Positions 39,602 to 49,248 of a stretch of 64,000 nucleotides of DNA are shown piece by piece (position 1 is the first letter of the stretch; each line of letters starts with the position of its first letter). The position numbers and the translations under genes were made by a program. Below the pieces are notes generated by a model that saw nothing but the letters and a program-made list of their open reading frames with translations, did not search any database and had not been told where the DNA came from. Source of the stretch: Nitrospinaceae bacterium (GTDB lineage: Bacteria > Nitrospinota > Nitrospinia > Nitrospinales > Nitrospinaceae). The stretch is taken from assembly GCA_965223665.1 (NCBI GenBank), contig OZ245011.1:2208001-2272000 (forward strand), given 5' to 3'.

Positions 39602-41788
39602 ATGGCTGAACCTAGTTCCAAAAATCAGGATTCCAAAAACACCAAAACCCACGACACCGTCATGGGCGATAAAGTCGTGGGAGACAAAGTAATAGGCGAT
39701 AAGGTTGGAGGTGACAAGTTTACGGGTGACAAATTTGTTATTGGTATCACCTTAGAAGAACATCACGCGTATTTGCAAAAACGGGAAGCGCAAATCCGCG
39801 CAGAGTTGGCGGAAGAACGCGGGAAAGATCAGGATCGGATTCAGGAATTAGAACTGGAGTTAAGTGCCATTGAAGGCAAACAGGCCAACCTGGAACAATC
39901 TCATAAAGATTATATTGAACAACTGGAAGCTACCAACACGGATTTACAGAAATTCAAAGATCAGTTTTCTCCCGAACAAATGCAGCAAGCCGAAGAAGCT
40001 TTAGCAAGAGGTGATTTATCTGAAGCCGATCAGTTATTTAAAGAACTGGAAGAAAATAAAGAGCGACTGATTTTAATTGAAGAACAAGCCCTGGTCCATT
40101 ATAGGAGAGGAAAAATTGCCCAAGATTCAGTGAACTACCGGGAGGCCTTGAAGCAATACGAACGCGCCTCGCAACTGGCACCAGAGAATGGAACTTATTT
40201 AAATTCGACTGGTTTGCTATTTGATACCCTTGGGCAATACGATCGGGCCATTGAATACTACGAGAAAGCGCTTGCCAGTAATCTCAAAACCCTTGGCGAG
40301 AAGCCCCCCAGGGTAGCCTGCATTTGGAATAACCTGGGATTGGCTTTCCGAGACAAGGGTGAATACGACCGAGCCATTGAATACTACGAGAAAGCGCTTG
40401 CCAGTAATCTCAAAACCCTTGGCGAGAAGTCCGCCCAGGTAGCCTACAATTGGAACAACCTCGGAATAGTTTGGGCTGACAAAGGCGATTACGACCGCGC
40501 CATTGAATACTACGAGAAAGCGCTGGGCAATTTTCTCAACACCTTTGGCAAAGAGCACCCTGATGTCGCCCGCTGTTGGAATAACCTGGGATTTGCTTTC
40601 CGAGACAAGGGTGAGTACGACCGCGCCATTGAATACTACGAGAAAGCGCTACACAATGCTGTCAATACATTTAGCGAAGACCATCCTCTTGTCGCCACCT
40701 GTTGGAGCAATCTGGGGGCGACTTGGAATGTTAAGGGTGATCACGACCAGGCCATTGAATACCACGAGAAAGCGCTTGCCAGTGATCTCAAAACCTTTGG
40801 CGAAGACCATCCTAATGTCGCCCGCTGTTGGATCAACCTGGGATTGGTTTTCAAAGACAAGGGTGAGTACGACCGGGCCATTGAATATTACGAGAAAGCG
40901 CTACACAATGCTGTCAATACATTTGGTGAAGACAATCCTCTTGTAGCCACCTGTTGGATCAACCTGGGAGGGGCCTGGAATGCCAAGGGTGATCACGACA
41001 AGGCCATTGAATACTTTGAGAAAGCGCTTCACAGTAATTTGGAAACTTTTGGCGAAGAGCACCCTAATGTCGCCGGCTGTTGGATCAACCTGGGGGCGGT
41101 TTGGAATGATGTCAAGAGTGATCACGACCAGGCCATTGAATACTTTGAGAAAGCGCTGTGCAGTTTTCTCAACACCTTTGGCGAAGAGCACCCTGATGTG
41201 GCCCTCATTTGGATGAACCTCGGAATAGCTTGGGCTGACAAAGGCGATTACGACCGGGCCATTGAATACCACGAGAAAGCGCTTCACAGTAATTTGGAAA
41301 CTCTTGGCGAAAAGCACCCTGATGTGGCCACCTGTTGGACCAACCTGGGAGGGGCCTGGAATGCCAAGGGTGATCACGACCAGGCCATTGAATACTTTGA
41401 GAAAGCGCTTCACAGTAATTTGGAAACTCTTGGCGAAGAGCACCCGGGTTTGGCCCGCATTTGGAATAACCTGGGAGGGGCCTGGAATGCCAAGGGTGAT
41501 CACGACCAGGCCATTGAATACTTTGAGAAAGCGCTACACAATCGACTGGAAACCTTTGGCGAAGATCACCCTGATTTAGCCAGCATTTGGAACAACTTGG
41601 GAATGGCTTGGGCTGACAAAGGGGATTACGACCGGGCCATTGAATATTACGAGAAAACCCTGCTTATTGGTCTAAACACCTTGGGAAAAGATCATCCAAT
41701 GGTGAAATTGGCATTAAAGAATATTGAGGTTATTCATTTAAAAATGAACCCACTCAAATGGTTTTGGAAAAAACTTTGGCCATTTTAA
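39602..41788 (+). CDS. TPR-array protein 1: (xxGDK)5, coiled coil, ~12 x 42-aa TPR
   Basis: Repeats VA..W.NLG.....KG.YD.AIEY.EKAL....T.GE.HP. Confidence 0.92.
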   Translation: MAEPSSKNQDSKNTKTHDTVMGDKVVGDKVIGDKVGGDKFTGDKFVIGITLEEHHAYLQKREAQIRAELAEERGKDQDRIQELELELSAIEGKQANLEQSHKDYIEQLEATNTDLQKFKDQFSPEQMQQAEEALARGDLSEADQLFKELEENKERLILIEEQALVHYRRGKIAQDSVNYREALKQYERASQLAPENGTYLNSTGLLFDTLGQYDRAIEYYEKALASNLKTLGEKPPRVACIWNNLGLAFRDKGEYDRAIEYYEKALASNLKTLGEKSAQVAYNWNNLGIVWADKGDYDRAIEYYEKALGNFLNTFGKEHPDVARCWNNLGFAFRDKGEYDRAIEYYEKALHNAVNTFSEDHPLVATCWSNLGATWNVKGDHDQAIEYHEKALASDLKTFGEDHPNVARCWINLGLVFKDKGEYDRAIEYYEKALHNAVNTFGEDNPLVATCWINLGGAWNAKGDHDKAIEYFEKALHSNLETFGEEHPNVAGCWINLGAVWNDVKSDHDQAIEYFEKALCSFLNTFGEEHPDVALIWMNLGIAWADKGDYDRAIEYHEKALHSNLETLGEKHPDVATCWTNLGGAWNAKGDHDQAIEYFEKALHSNLETLGEEHPGLARIWNNLGGAWNAKGDHDQAIEYFEKALHNRLETFGEDHPDLASIWNNLGMAWADKGDYDRAIEYYEKTLLIGLNTLGKDHPMVKLALKNIEVIHLKMNPLKWFWKKLWPF

Positions 41789-42016
41789 TAAGAAATTTCG
41801 ATACAAAAAAATATTTTGAAAAATAATTAGAATTTCATTAAAGCCATACCTTATAAACAACTTCAGCAGGAAAAAAATGACTGGCGTAACTAATTGGCTA
41901 CACTCCAGCTAATTTTCTCACCTCTCTTATTTAACTTTTGTTGGTTCTGCCAAACCTCTAATTATCTCTCCCTTTTTCAAATTCAATTTTTGTTCTGGGA
42001 AACAGCGAATATTTGA

Positions 42017-42127
42017 TTACTTCCTATCCAATTTGTTTTCTATCCGGTCGAGTTGTTTCCCAAATCGTTCATGGGATTCATCGTTGGATTTGCGGAATTC
42101 CTCAAAGACATCTTTTTCCAATCTCTC
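42017..42127 (-). pseudogene. 3' fragment of a second allele of the 44063..44302 gene
   Basis: Translates ERLEKDVFEEFRKSNDESHERFGKQLDRIENKLDRK*; upstream in-frame stop and no 5' half. Confidence 0.85.
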
Positions 42128-42279
42128 CTTTCTTCATTGCTCCAATGAACCTACCCCCTTCCCTTTTTCCACTCCCGGCTTGGGCTTGCATCCGAAAACC
42201 GAAAGGAGTAGGATTTGGATTAATTTCCTTTCTATATTATATGGGCTTAAAAATCTGTTTATTCTCATTGGAAAATTAT

Positions 42280-44046
42280 ATGGCTGAACCTAACTCTAAA
42301 GATCAAAAATCTAAAAAAGCCAATCCCAAAACAGAAGACACCGTCATCGGCGATAATGTGGTGGGCGACAAAATATTAGGCGATAAGATTGGAGGCGACA
42401 AGTTTACGGGTGACAAATTTGTCATTGGTATCACCCTGGAAGAACACCATGCGTTTTTGCAAAAACGGGAAGCGGAGATCCGCGCCGAGTTGGCTGAAGA
42501 GCGTGGGAAAGATCAAGATCGGATTCAGGAATTGGAACTGGAATTAAGTGCCATTGAAGGCAAACAGGCCAACCTGGAACAATCTTATAAAGATCACATT
42601 GAACAGCTGCAAGCCACCAATACGGATTTACAGAAGTTCAAAGATCAGTTTTCTCCCGAACAAATGCAACAAGCTGAGGAAGCTTTAGCTAGGGGTGATT
42701 TATCTGAGGCCGATCAGTTATTTAAAGAACTGGAAGAAAATAAAGAGCGCTTGTCTTTAATCGAAGAACAAGCTTTGGTTCATTATAGGAGAGGAAAAAT
42801 TGCCGAGGAAGCCGCGGACTATCGTGAGGCCCTGAAGCAATTCGAACGGGCGGCGCAACTGGCACCGGAGAATGGAATTTATTTATCGGATACCGGCGTT
42901 CTTTATTTAACCCTTGGTCAATACAACCAGGCCATTAAATTCCATGAGAAAGCGCTCAAGAGCGATTTGAAAACCTTTGGAGAAGATCATCCTAGTGTAG
43001 CTTATGATTGGAACAACCTGGGTGCGACCTGGGTTAAAAAAGGAGATTACGACCGGGCCATTGAATACTACGAGAAAGCACTTGCCAGTATTCTGAAATC
43101 CTTGAGTGAAGACCACCCTAACGTCGCCGCATGTTGGAACAACCTGGGATTGATTTGGGCTGGCAAAGAAGATTACGACCAGGCTATTAAATACTACGAG
43201 AAAGCGCTCTCCAGTACTCTAAAATCCTTGGGTGAAGAACACCCTAAAGTCGCCACAGTATGGAGCAACCTGGGATTGGTTTGGGCTGGCAAAGGAGATT
43301 ACGACCGGGCCATTGAATACTACGAGAAAGCGCTTCACAGTGATCTCAACACCTTTGGCGAGGATCATCCCAGTGTCGCTACAAGGTGGAACAACCTAGG
43401 AGGGGCTTGGGGAAACAAAGAAGATTACGACCGGGCCATTGAATACTACGAGAAAGCGCTTCACAGTGATCTCAACAACTTTGGTGAAGAACACCCTACA
43501 GTCGCCACAGTTTGGAGGAACCTGGGAGGGGCTTGGGAAAACAAAGAAGTTTACGACCGGGCCATTGAATACTACGAGAAAGCCCTTCACAGTGATCTCA
43601 ACACCTTTGGCGAGGATCACGACAGAGTTGCCGAAATTTGGAGCAACCTGGGAGGGGCTTGGGATAAAAAGGGAGATTACGACCAGGCCATTGAATACTA
43701 CGAGAAAGCACTTGCCAGTATTCTGAAATCCTTGAGTGAAGACCACCCTAAAGTCGCCGCATGTTGGAGCAACCTGGGAGTGGCTTGGGCTGGAAAAGGA
43801 GATTACGACCGGGCCATTGAATACTACGAGAAAGCGCTTCACAGTGATCTCAACACCTTTGGCGAGGATCACCCCAGTGTCGCCACAAATTGGACCAAGC
43901 TTGGAGTGGCTTGGGCTAAAAAAGGAGATTACGACCAAGCCCATAATCACATCGCGAAAGCGTCGATGATTTTTGAGAAGATTGGTTTAAATGAAATTGC
44001 AGTGATGGTACAAAGCGAATTCGATGCCATGAGGAAACAAAAGTAA
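42280..44046 (+). CDS. TPR-array protein 2, paralog of 39602..41788 (~8 repeats plus cap)
   Basis: Near-identical N-terminal region; start MAEPN set by alignment with the paralog. Confidence 0.92.
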   Translation: MAEPNSKDQKSKKANPKTEDTVIGDNVVGDKILGDKIGGDKFTGDKFVIGITLEEHHAFLQKREAEIRAELAEERGKDQDRIQELELELSAIEGKQANLEQSYKDHIEQLQATNTDLQKFKDQFSPEQMQQAEEALARGDLSEADQLFKELEENKERLSLIEEQALVHYRRGKIAEEAADYREALKQFERAAQLAPENGIYLSDTGVLYLTLGQYNQAIKFHEKALKSDLKTFGEDHPSVAYDWNNLGATWVKKGDYDRAIEYYEKALASILKSLSEDHPNVAACWNNLGLIWAGKEDYDQAIKYYEKALSSTLKSLGEEHPKVATVWSNLGLVWAGKGDYDRAIEYYEKALHSDLNTFGEDHPSVATRWNNLGGAWGNKEDYDRAIEYYEKALHSDLNNFGEEHPTVATVWRNLGGAWENKEVYDRAIEYYEKALHSDLNTFGEDHDRVAEIWSNLGGAWDKKGDYDQAIEYYEKALASILKSLSEDHPKVAACWSNLGVAWAGKGDYDRAIEYYEKALHSDLNTFGEDHPSVATNWTKLGVAWAKKGDYDQAHNHIAKASMIFEKIGLNEIAVMVQSEFDAMRKQK

Positions 44047-44062
44047 ACCAAAATATATTCCT

Positions 44063-44302
44063 CTACCGCCCATCCAACTTTCCTTCAATTCGATCCAATT
44101 GTTTGCCAAATCTTTCATGGGATTCATCGTTGGATTTACGGAATTCTTCGAAGACATCTTTTTCCAGTTTTTCATTATCAAGTTTTTCAATCCGATCATG
44201 AGCCCGATCGATTCGATTATTGATCCGCTTCACCAACCAACCAATGGCGGCCACGATTCCACCCCCGATCCACATCCAAACGTCTTTATGATTTCCGTCC
44301 AT
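44063..44302 (-). CDS. Small single-TM coiled-coil phage protein (holin-like)
   Basis: AAGGA RBS; TM WMWIGGGIVAAIGWLV; last gene of the late operon. Confidence 0.7.
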   Translation of the reverse strand: MDGNHKDVWMWIGGGIVAAIGWLVKRINNRIDRAHDRIEKLDNEKLEKDVFEEFRKSNDESHERFGKQLDRIEGKLDGR

Positions 44303-44372
44303 TGTTTTCCTTTAAAAATTAAAACCCCCAGGCGATCAATCACCCCGGCCCTCTTTAAAAAGAGGGAGCTTA

Positions 44373-45731
44373 TCAAGGTGTGTGAACAATTTGATTTCCT
44401 GATTTCCAGTTCGCGGATCCATCCCATGTTTCCAACCGGCCGTCGCTGGTGTTGTAAATAGTTAATCCCCCAAATGGCGCTCCATTAGGCCAAAGAAAAT
44501 CCCGTTCCCCCGAAGTCCAACCTATAGGCTTAAACCAATGGCTGGTCCAAATCGACATATCATCGCAAAAGTAATCGTTTTTACTGGACTCCCAGGTGTA
44601 ACCATAAATTTCTGTTCCACGCCCATCGATCCAGGCGTTCCGCGTATTATCTTCATTGGGGCAAGCAAAAAACCGGTTTTGCTCATTACCGAATTGAGTA
44701 TTGACCGGCGGTGTACGCGTGATATAAATTCCGGTGGGCGTGGCTAAAGGAAAGGTACCAAACTGTATGTTGTCCGCAGTGCAATGAACAAAGGTGTTGG
44801 TGTCGCCGCCCTCGATATGATATGCCACGTTTTCGTGCTGAACCTGGCATTGAATGAACAGGTTACTGTTAACAATCGAAGCCCCACTGATTTTATCTGC
44901 CAGGTAAATCCCCCGGCGGCCGCGTCGAATAACAATATGTAAAAACGTATTCCAATAATGCTGTCCGTGATCTGATTGATTTATTCCATCCCATCCACCA
45001 AACATCACAATGCCATCACTGCAACGTTCCATTTTAATGTTGTGGTAAAACCCGTAAGAATACCGAGCGACCTGGGTTGGACTGTTGACATGGTCGGGAC
45101 AGATCGCCAAGCCAATCACGTGGTCGGTCGTGTTGGTGTTGGGAATCTCACCATTGATGGAAAACCCTCCAACTTCGGCATAAGCGAGTTCGCATCGGAC
45201 GGTAAACATTGCATTGGCGGTGTTACTTCTTACCGGAATTAAATGGGTGAGTCCTGGACCGGCTCCTAATAATTGAACCCGCGGCTCGGTGCTAGTAATC
45301 GTGTTTCTATAATCGGGAATATGGATCCCGTTTTCCAGCGTCTTCCCTTCCCAGATTTCGGTGGCCGTGGGAAGTCCAACGATTTTATATTTTCCGGGTG
45401 GCATGTAAACTTTACCGCCCTTGGGATCCGCCACGGCCGCGTCGATCGCCGCTTGAATGGCGCCACGGTCATCGGCGACACCATCCCCCACGGCGCCATA
45501 ATCCATCACATTGTAGATATGGGCAAACGGTGAGATCGCATTGATCCGGAGTTCATTGGTGAGAACCTCAATATTGATATTAGTTCCGGCCAATAACGAT
45601 TTAAGGTACATGATGAGGCCGGATTTATGCGAATACCAGCCATGACCGGTCCCCAGATTATCCAGGTCGTTAACCTCACCTCCACCCGGACCCGCCGCTA
45701 CGGATCCCCCATTTCCTACCCAATAAGTCAT
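44373..45731 (-). CDS. Tail spike / depolymerase with pectate-lyase-3-like beta helix
   Basis: YNVMDYGAVGDGVADDRGAIQAAIDAA...GGKVY.PPG.Y. Confidence 0.85.
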   Translation of the reverse strand: MTYWVGNGGSVAAGPGGGEVNDLDNLGTGHGWYSHKSGLIMYLKSLLAGTNINIEVLTNELRINAISPFAHIYNVMDYGAVGDGVADDRGAIQAAIDAAVADPKGGKVYMPPGKYKIVGLPTATEIWEGKTLENGIHIPDYRNTITSTEPRVQLLGAGPGLTHLIPVRSNTANAMFTVRCELAYAEVGGFSINGEIPNTNTTDHVIGLAICPDHVNSPTQVARYSYGFYHNIKMERCSDGIVMFGGWDGINQSDHGQHYWNTFLHIVIRRGRRGIYLADKISGASIVNSNLFIQCQVQHENVAYHIEGGDTNTFVHCTADNIQFGTFPLATPTGIYITRTPPVNTQFGNEQNRFFACPNEDNTRNAWIDGRGTEIYGYTWESSKNDYFCDDMSIWTSHWFKPIGWTSGERDFLWPNGAPFGGLTIYNTSDGRLETWDGSANWKSGNQIVHTP

Positions 45732-46040
45732 TTATCGCTCGATGATTTGAAAATAAATTGTACGTTCTGCTTTTTGGCCGTTATCTGTAACAATTTGACA
45801 GGTCAATCCGTGTGTATTATTTAACGTTCCGTCTTTTACGCGAACGGTAACAATTCCATTCGCCTGAGACTCTTGAACTTTGGTGATCCCGCCGGCCTCT
45901 GGTGTAAGCGTAAAATCAAGAATCGATTCCTCTTCCTCCAACCAATCATTCCAATCGATGCTGTAATCCAATTCTTCATCTTTATCTTTAAAAATGGTCG
46001 GGCCGCGGGTTTTATCTTCAAAAAAACTTGTTGTGCTCAT
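45732..46040 (-). CDS. Phage fibre/spike adaptor-like protein
   Basis: KD.DE.LDYSIDW..WL...TCQIVT..G...ERT. Confidence 0.75.
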   Translation of the reverse strand: MSTTSFFEDKTRGPTIFKDKDEELDYSIDWNDWLEEEESILDFTLTPEAGGITKVQESQANGIVTVRVKDGTLNNTHGLTCQIVTDNGQKAERTIYFQIIER

Positions 46041-48460
46041 TGATTCACCTCAACTTTATAAACACGATTTTCATATGGGATCGTATATTTCCGGATCTCT
46101 TCAGGGACCGCATAAGTGCGAAGTGGATCCACATCCAAAATCCAAACCAATAGAGTATTTGGATCTATACCCAAGGCACTAGCAGCTGCAGCCGACGGAG
46201 TTAAAGTGATCGGCCCTAAAAAATAATTCGGATCCAAACTTGTGACGCGAGTTCCGGCCGCTACGGGTTGAATAAAAATTCCGCCGGAAAATACTGAGGG
46301 ATCCACAACCAGTGATTTAGAAACGGCCGGTCCCGGTGAGAGGGTGATCCCTCCTAACTCAATAACAGGATCTTGGCCGATGCTTATAACGTTGGCTGGA
46401 TTGGGTGAAACCGTCAGACCGCCCAGAATTAGATTTCCATCCAAAGCATTGACGATGGCGGCCGCGGATCCCGGATTGAGTACTAATCCCCCTAACACCG
46501 TTCCAGGATCCACGGCCAAGGCTCGCAGCCCGGAAACATTACCACTAATTGTGATACTACCCAAAATAACCACCGCTTCGGTGGCGAATACTTTTGCGAT
46601 CGCAGGATTGGGTGAAATACGAATACTTGTATCCACATTGGGATCGATTACCAAGGCCCGGGAAGCTGCAGTGGTTGAAATGATGGTGATCCCACCCAGC
46701 ACCACACCCGGATCTAAACCCAAAGCCACGGCCGCCGCGGTTCCACCGGTTAAAGTAATTCCGCCTGACTCCACTGTGGGGTTCAGTGCGGCAGCAATAA
46801 CCGACGCGATCGATGGGTTGACCAGGATTCCACCCAGCACTACACCCGGATCCACGCCCTCAGTGCTGACAGCTGCTATTTCACCACTTATTGTGATTCC
46901 ACCTAAAATACTATTCGGATCTAAACCGAGTGCGCGGGCTGCGGCCGGATCCGGATTTAAAACTAAACTTGTGTCCACATTGGGATCGATGACTAATGCC
47001 CGGGCCGCTGCAGTTCCGCCGTTTAAAGTAATCCCACCTAACTGAACTGTGGGATTTAATGCGGTGGCGATGGCGGACGTGATCGACGGGTTGACCAGGA
47101 TTTCCCCAATCACCACTTGCGGATCCACACCCAACGCCTTGGCAGCTGCTATTTCTCCACTAATTGTGATTCCGCCTAAAATAATATTCGGATCAAAACT
47201 GAGTGTGCGGGCTGCGGCTAAGGTGGGCGTTAAGGTAATCCCTCCTAACTGGACTGAGGGATCCATCACTAAGGACCGAGCGGAGGCCGTGTTAGGAATA
47301 ATGGTGATTCCACTCAACACAGTGTTGGGATCCACCACAGCGGCTTTGGCCGATGCCGGTCCGGGTGTGACCGTGACACCGCTGGAAGGCTCCACCACCA
47401 AATAGGCGACCATGTTTTCGATTCTAAGATCCGCCGGACCCACAACTTTTCCACCCATTTGGAAAAACTGGGAAAGTGTCGGCACCACGTTGGCCGCTTC
47501 AGAAACTTTCATCAAAATGGTATTGGTGGCGTTGACGGTGACCACATCTTCCGTGAGCGTGTCCACATTGTTTCCGTAGATTATCGAATAAGTTGTGGAT
47601 CCACCGGTTCCTGCAGAAAAATCACCAATGATTTTACAACCCAGAACGTTGGTTCCACTTGCGTTGGAATCGCCACTCGGTCCTGACCGGGTACCACTAT
47701 TGGTGATCATTTCACCGGATCTCGGATCGCCTGTGTATTCTCCACGGTTACCGGCGCCAGTGGTGAATGGCGCCTGGGAAACTTTGCCCCAATCGCCCAC
47801 GTCAAAGGCGTCGCCCTGATCCTGGGTGCCACCATCGGTTTTTTGGTACATCAAGACATCAACGTCCCCCGCCGGTCCGTCGGTGATGTCTGTGGCATCG
47901 CTGTACCACAACCATTTTGAAAACCTTTGTGTTTTACCACCTCCAGAGGTTTTGAGTTCCAAATAATCGACGGTATTATTTCCGGTTTTGAAATCACAGG
48001 CTACGACGTTTGACACCTCGGTGCCATCGACTTCCATTTTAAAGGCGCCGCTGTTGGCATTTTGGAAGTAAATTTTTAATCGGTGTTTTTGCCCCAACGT
48101 GAACGGGTTGGTGATGGTATCTTTAACCGCTGCTTTAGAATCGATGACCTGGACATCACCGGTGGACTGAATGACACGCAATTCTAAAATTAAATTTCCG
48201 CCGGTATCAATGATATTGATGATATCGGAATCGCCAGTGTGGCCGGTATTGACCCGGGTGTAATAACCAATCACCACATGATTGTCCCCCGCCTTGGCGA
48301 CGGCATCAAAAATCAAAAACCGGGCACGGTCCCCTTGTTCACACACCAATTCGTAATCGCTGCCAATTAAAGAAACGACGGGTGTATTCGTGATCCCGTT
48401 GGTGACATCGGTTAAGTCCTGCGTTAAGAAAGCAAAGATCTGATTTAGGGTGAAAGCCAT
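46037..48460 (-). CDS. Virion fibre-like protein: lectin-like N-terminus and ~25-aa repeats
   Basis: Many DP...LGGIT.....A.A.A repeats in the C-terminal half. Confidence 0.8.
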   Translation of the reverse strand: MAFTLNQIFAFLTQDLTDVTNGITNTPVVSLIGSDYELVCEQGDRARFLIFDAVAKAGDNHVVIGYYTRVNTGHTGDSDIINIIDTGGNLILELRVIQSTGDVQVIDSKAAVKDTITNPFTLGQKHRLKIYFQNANSGAFKMEVDGTEVSNVVACDFKTGNNTVDYLELKTSGGGKTQRFSKWLWYSDATDITDGPAGDVDVLMYQKTDGGTQDQGDAFDVGDWGKVSQAPFTTGAGNRGEYTGDPRSGEMITNSGTRSGPSGDSNASGTNVLGCKIIGDFSAGTGGSTTYSIIYGNNVDTLTEDVVTVNATNTILMKVSEAANVVPTLSQFFQMGGKVVGPADLRIENMVAYLVVEPSSGVTVTPGPASAKAAVVDPNTVLSGITIIPNTASARSLVMDPSVQLGGITLTPTLAAARTLSFDPNIILGGITISGEIAAAKALGVDPQVVIGEILVNPSITSAIATALNPTVQLGGITLNGGTAAARALVIDPNVDTSLVLNPDPAAARALGLDPNSILGGITISGEIAAVSTEGVDPGVVLGGILVNPSIASVIAAALNPTVESGGITLTGGTAAAVALGLDPGVVLGGITIISTTAASRALVIDPNVDTSIRISPNPAIAKVFATEAVVILGSITISGNVSGLRALAVDPGTVLGGLVLNPGSAAAIVNALDGNLILGGLTVSPNPANVISIGQDPVIELGGITLSPGPAVSKSLVVDPSVFSGGIFIQPVAAGTRVTSLDPNYFLGPITLTPSAAAASALGIDPNTLLVWILDVDPLRTYAVPEEIRKYTIPYENRVYKVEVNQ

Positions 48461-48774
48461 TAGTCTTTTATGGGGTTGATGTCAATATCGAAATCATTTC
48501 TTTCGGTGTTCCAGGTCACGGTGACGGTATCGGAGCGGAAAACTATTTTGTCCCCCTCGTAAAACTCTTTTAGCTTTTTAGGATCCGAAGTTTTTCGCGG
48601 GTCTCCCTCTTTGATTTGGCTAATGTCTATTTTGTAATCGATGATAGCCTGCAACCCGATTTGTAATGCCGCGGCCTTTTCGGCGTTGTTTCTTCCGGGC
48701 AATAGGGAATAGTCGATGGACTGGCCATCGACCATAATTCCTTCTTTAGTTCTTTCAATCTTGCGGACTGGCAT
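48460..48774 (-). CDS. Hypothetical phage protein
   Basis: TAATG overlap within the tail operon. Confidence 0.75.
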   Translation of the reverse strand: MPVRKIERTKEGIMVDGQSIDYSLLPGRNNAEKAAALQIGLQAIIDYKIDISQIKEGDPRKTSDPKKLKEFYEGDKIVFRSDTVTVTWNTERNDFDIDINPIKD

Positions 48775-48780
48775 TTAGAA

Positions 48781-49236
48781 CTACTCGGTTAACCGTAGTT
48801 CACAATCCTGCAGAGTGAGTGGTTGCCCATCACTGACAATACGGTTTGAGCCAAGATCAAACCAGGCCAGGATTTCCCGGTTTGCCACCGTCACATTATC
48901 GTCTGTCAAAACTGCATAACGAGCACCATTCCCACTTGCAGGTAAATTTCCCCCGGAAGCCGTCCACACTAAATCCTTAATTTGTATTGATGACAAATCA
49001 CCTGTGTCATCTTCATTGATGACATCAAAATCAGTGGCGTTTTTAGCTAATTGAATTCCACCCGAAAGATAACCGTTACCTGCGGGAATTTCTCCCAGGT
49101 CACTCAGGACGTTAGAATCCGGACCTGGCGCCACCGAATCATCTACTAAAGCCATGTAATAATTTGCCGGGGCGGCCACCCCGCGAAATTTCTCCTCTAA
49201 CATTTTGAATTTTCCTCGATTGGTTACTCCACCCAT
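48781..49236 (-). CDS. Phage tail fibre-associated protein
   Basis: AGGAGG RBS; EI..GNGY..GG..L...WTASGG motif. Confidence 0.75.
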   Translation of the reverse strand: MGGVTNRGKFKMLEEKFRGVAAPANYYMALVDDSVAPGPDSNVLSDLGEIPAGNGYLSGGIQLAKNATDFDVINEDDTGDLSSIQIKDLVWTASGGNLPASGNGARYAVLTDDNVTVANREILAWFDLGSNRIVSDGQPLTLQDCELRLTE

Positions 49237-49248
49237 AGTAATACCTCC

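Noticed and set aside
42013-42279. 89-aa N-terminal extension of TPR protein 2
   Set aside because: It spans the antisense gene remnant and the duplicated promoter; the paralog starts at MAEP
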